DNA of 63,814 nucleotides, filler included, from Cercozoa sp. M6MM (Eukaryota; Protista; Endomyxa: Ascetosporea): the NCBI GenBank assembly GCA_040357565.1. It is 11 parts of 11 records of this genome, joined end to end, with 100 filler letters (N's around TTAATTAATTAA, not from the genome) between each part and the next. Parts side by side here need not be neighbours in the genome. Positions count along the whole stretch, not along the records: positions 57,520 to 62,518 come from JBDODJ010000998.1; positions 62,619 to 63,814 come from JBDODJ010002122.1; 9 more parts are not named here. One strand, written 5' to 3'. Shown piece after piece: positions 61,390-63,814 of this stretch. The position numbers were made by a program, and so were the translations under genes. Position 1 is the stretch's first letter. Every line of letters begins with the position of its first letter. The notes under the pieces were generated by a model. The model was not told the DNA's origin. It saw only the letters and a program-made list of their open reading frames with translations, and ran no database searches.

Positions 61390-62440
61390 TGAAACTTGAA
61401 ATTCATCGTTCGCTTTCTTCGGTCACAAACAGAAGGTACCTTTGGTCGCAAAATCGCCGGGACTCGAGGTACTTGGGGAGTCATCATCTCAAGAGCCCGG
61501 ATCGTCTTCTTCAAGTTGCTCGCAACGCGGGGAGTGCGACGTTGCTCTGCTGATTCCGATATCGCAAGCTGCTCGGTATCTTGTGTTGTTCGCTGCCATG
61601 CTTCTAATCAAAGCAAAGAACACCTCATAAATTTACTCCCTAAACGCAGTCTACGGAGACACTGCACCCAGGGATCGAAGCACGAGCAAACGCGCAGTAT
61701 GCATTTCAGCCTCTTTCTTATACTCGTCGAGTCGCTCGGCCGCCTTCTCGCGCTCGACTTTGTAGTGGGCTCGTAGGGTACTCCACTTGATCTCGCTGGG
61801 TATTTTTATCTCGCCCACTAGCACGGAGAACGCCCGTCGTGTGCCTTTTCGCTTGTCAATGACCGCTTGTGCGACGATTCTATCCCATTGAATCCCCCAG
61901 TTCTGCCACGCAAACAGATAAATATACAGACAGCTCGTCTAGGACAGCAGTCACCAGCAACTTGGCTTCTCTAACTTTCTGGAACCTACGAATTACTCCG
62001 AGTATATCGTTGACCAGCCAGCAAGGCTGAGGTATCAACGTACTTCCGTGCGACTCGTTGCAGAAGCAAAACCCGTGACCGAAAGGCGCGCACGATGTAG
62101 CGCAGGTTTGTGCCTTGGCTGCTTTTCCTCGATTCGGGCGCCTCCACGAGTGCACGGCTTAACACATTGGCGGCACGAACGCGTCCAAACAGCGCGTGCG
62201 TGATCGCACCGAAGCGAAGTGCGATTGACATTTCACGAGCCGTTGTTCGCGCAAGACGAGCTCTCTTGACTCGCAAGTAGCGTCGGACAGCTCCTTGGAT
62301 TGTGATGATCGCCGTCTACAAGCACGCGGATTTCACACTTCACCTACTGTTTTTTTTACAAGTGGCCTACTATGCGTTGAGTAAACTGCTCTCGTTTTCT
62401 TCTGCTTGCCTCGACGGCGATGCGCATGCGATTGACTCTT
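61390..62440 (-). CDS. IQ-motif-containing protein, fragment
   Basis: AIITIQGAVRRYLR and VLLLQRVARK are IQ-like motifs in spliced exons; ends uncertain. Confidence 0.55.
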
Positions 62441-62467
62441 AAAACCTAAAATTGCACCATCTCGTCT

Positions 62468-62518
<51 letters not shown>

Positions 62519-62618
62519 NNNNNNNNNNNNNNNNNNNNNNNNNNNNNNNNNNNNNNNNNNNNTTAATTAATTAANNNNNNNNNNNNNNNNNNNNNNNNNN
62601 NNNNNNNNNNNNNNNNNN

Positions 62619-63814
62619 TGTACCCCGTCTATATGTACCCCGTCTATATGTACCCCGTCTATATGTACCCCGTCTATATGACCGTTTATATGTACGTGTG
62701 TGTGTACAGAGGACGGTATGTACGACGGTGCCGATTCGCATGACGCGCGCATGTCGCCGCTCTCGCTCACTGTGCAGGTACCTGATGGAGGTAAAGGGGA
62801 GGGGTAAAGGGGTATACAGGATGGCGAATAGGGGGGGTAAACTGGTGTGTGTGTGTGTGTGCAGCTGCTGTTCGCATTGTTCGCTCTGCCGGAATTCAAA
62901 CTCACCTTTGCGAAACACTTTGCCGCGCACTACGTCGAGTGTACCCCCCTTTATCCCCCTACCCCTTACCCTTATCCCCTCTTTACCTCCCTCTTTACCT
63001 CCCTCTTTACCTCCCTCTTATCCCCCCTTTACTGGTAGGAGCGACCGTCCTTGGTGCCGCTTAAGGTGGACAACGTGCTGGCCAACGCTTTCGTCATCTC
63101 GGGCGCTGTCAAGGCCTGGCGCACTACTGAACAGGTACACTGGGGGGGGGGGGTCTGCTTCGGGTGACCGGGGGGGGGGGGGGTTCATAGGGGGGTACAA
63201 CATTACCAGGCNNNNNNNNNNTGTACCCCGTCTATATGTACCCCGTCTATATGTACCCCGTCTATATGTACCCCGTCTATATGACCGTTTATATGTACGT
63301 GTGTGTGTACAGAGGACGGTATGTACGACGGTGCCGATTCGCATGACGCGCGCATGTCGCCGCTCTCGCTCACTGTGCAGGTACCTGATGGAGGTAAAGG
63401 GGAGGGGTAAAGGGGTATACAGGATGGCGAATAGGGGGGGTAAACTGGTGTGTGTGTGTGTGTGCAGCTGCTGTTCGCATTGTTCGCTCTGCCGGAATTC
63501 AAACTCACCTTTGCGAAACACTTTGCCGCGCACTACGTCGAGTGTACCCCCCTTTATCCCCCTACCCCTTACCCTTATCCCCTCTTTACCTCCCTCTTTA
63601 CCTCCCTCTTTACCTCCCTCTTATCCCCCCTTTACTGGTAGGAGCGACCGTCCTTGGTGCCGCTTAAGGTGGACAACGTGCTGGCCAACGCTTTCGTCAT
63701 CTCGGGCGCTGTCAAGGCCTGGCGCACTACTGAACAGGTACACTGGGGGGGGGGGGTCTGCTTCGGGTGACCGGGGGGGGGGGGGGTTCATAGGGGGGTA
63801 CAACATTACCAGGC
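62619..63814. repeat. Exact 593-bp duplication (62619-63211 = 63222-63814) across a 10-N gap; probable scaffolding artefact
   Basis: The copies appear identical. Confidence 0.85.
62710..63134 (+). CDS. UBR1/PRT6-like E3 ligase internal exons (duplicated at 63313-63737)
   Basis: LLFALFALPEFKLTFAKHFAAHY resembles the UBR1/PRT6 L....P.FK..FAK.F...Y motif; short fragment only. Confidence 0.5.

Noticed and set aside
1-63814. Alternative genetic code or non-canonical (AT-AC, GC-AG, ultra-short) introns
   Set aside because: The conserved genes I traced in detail could be joined with GT-AG introns and standard stops. Apparent exceptions (GAF 10232, FAR about 1710, GDAP2 about 39600) resolved canonically. 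Not every intron in the window was checked.
1-63814. tRNA, rRNA or snRNA genes
   Set aside because: No recognisable signature by eye; a covariance-model scan would be needed to exclude divergent ones.

Overview
The window is not one locus. It is about 11 short contigs of an intron-rich eukaryotic (protist-like) genome, joined by artificial 100-nt spacers (N...TTAATTAATTAA...N). The supplied ORF track mostly reflects intron read-through or antisense shadow frames, so I rebuilt genes by hand-splicing GT-AG introns under the standard code. Recognisable genes: fatty acyl-CoA reductase (probably a FAR-acyltransferase fusion), SYF2, a POT/PTR peptide transporter, a stand-alone tandem-GAF protein, an ABCC transporter, a dynein heavy-chain tail-only protein, a Ulp1-like protease fragment, a Cys/Trp repeat protein, a tetraspanin-like protein, a Ser/Thr kinase, myosin, synaptobrevin, a GDAP2-like macro protein, GLRX3, RPA1, a USP, a C2H2 zinc-finger protein, a GPI-anchored mucin-like protein, an SF2 helicase, KTI12, eIF3c, a TLDc protein, an IQ-motif protein and a UBR-like E3 fragment. 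The most striking signals: (i) very dense small introns with weak, often GTAC donors, poly-C acceptor tracts and intron-specific tandem-repeat expansions; (ii) a Tc1/mariner-type element with perfect 27-bp TIRs and TA TSDs inside a formerly 58-nt intron; (iii) a motor-less dynein heavy chain; (iv) a GDAP2 macro protein ending in a CaaX box instead of Sec14; (v) a mosaic dispersed intergenic repeat. Family assignments rest on motif recognition only; no searches were run, and many gene ends are approximate.
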